A DNA stretch of 63,598 nt, the filler included, from Globobulimina sp. (Eukaryota), in the NCBI GenBank assembly GCA_003354225.1. It is 40 parts of 40 records of this genome, joined end to end, with 100 filler letters (N's around TTAATTAATTAA, not from the genome) between each part and the next. Parts side by side here need not be neighbours in the genome. Positions count along the whole stretch, not along the records: positions 62,108 to 63,598 come from PIVH01015837.1; 39 more parts are not named here. One strand, 5' to 3'. Under the pieces are notes generated by a model, which was not told the origin of the DNA, made no database searches, and was given only the letters and a program-made list of their open reading frames with translations. Position 1 is the stretch's first letter, and each line of letters begins with the position of its first letter. A program made the translations under genes and the position numbers. Positions 63,305 through 63,598 of this stretch are shown one piece after another.

Positions 63305-63598
63305 TTAAATTAATTTCTGAATAAGGCCAACTTTTAATTTGTAGGTGATTTTCATTTTACAGTTTTTTGAACTCATCTATTTTTTTAACTACTTCTTCTC
63401 ATCTGTTAAATTAGTCCACACTAATTTCTTTTTTGAACATTCACCTTTGAAGATAAGCTGAAACGTCAAATTTTAGCATATAATGAACTTATTTGGTTTT
63501 TTGTTTTTCGTTATATGGATCCATTCAAATCAAGCAGCAATATCGGACGTAACAGATCAAATAAACAGCGACAGAGACGAAACATGCTCTCATAAAGC

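Overview
This window is not one locus. It is 40 unrelated contigs of 1,491-1,494 bp, sorted by decreasing length and joined by an artificial 100-bp spacer (44 N + TTAATTAATTAA + 44 N), so gene adjacency across spacers is meaningless and most genes are truncated. Most contigs are AT-rich eukaryotic DNA with short GT-AG introns. The gene families seen (membrane-anchored RGS proteins, SPRY-like and 'IPxDII' F-box-like proteins, formin, separase, HIRA, PKG, HSPA12, vacuolar sorting receptor, ShK-P4H, arylsulfatase) fit a protist, plausibly a foraminiferan/rhizarian, though that assignment is inference. Mixed in are bacterial fragments (Bacteroidetes-like nadC-yihY and a ccdA, each abutting unrelated DNA) and a probable giant-virus T5orf172-SF2 helicase. 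Mobile elements are the most notable content: a Penelope-like retroelement tail-to-head junction carrying a minimal hammerhead ribozyme, two probable tyrosine-recombinase (DIRS/Ngaro-type) retrotransposon gag-pol fragments (one with an extra ORF), a LINE reverse transcriptase, a small foldback element built from 8-bp units and a possible Helitron end. Other oddities are single in-frame TGA codons in several otherwise open frames, a G-alpha with both catalytic residues replaced by His, a pseudophosphatase, a secreted PGRP-like amidase and a Cys-rich protein carrying a mostly prokaryotic/viral repeat. All calls come from reading motifs by eye; no database search was run.
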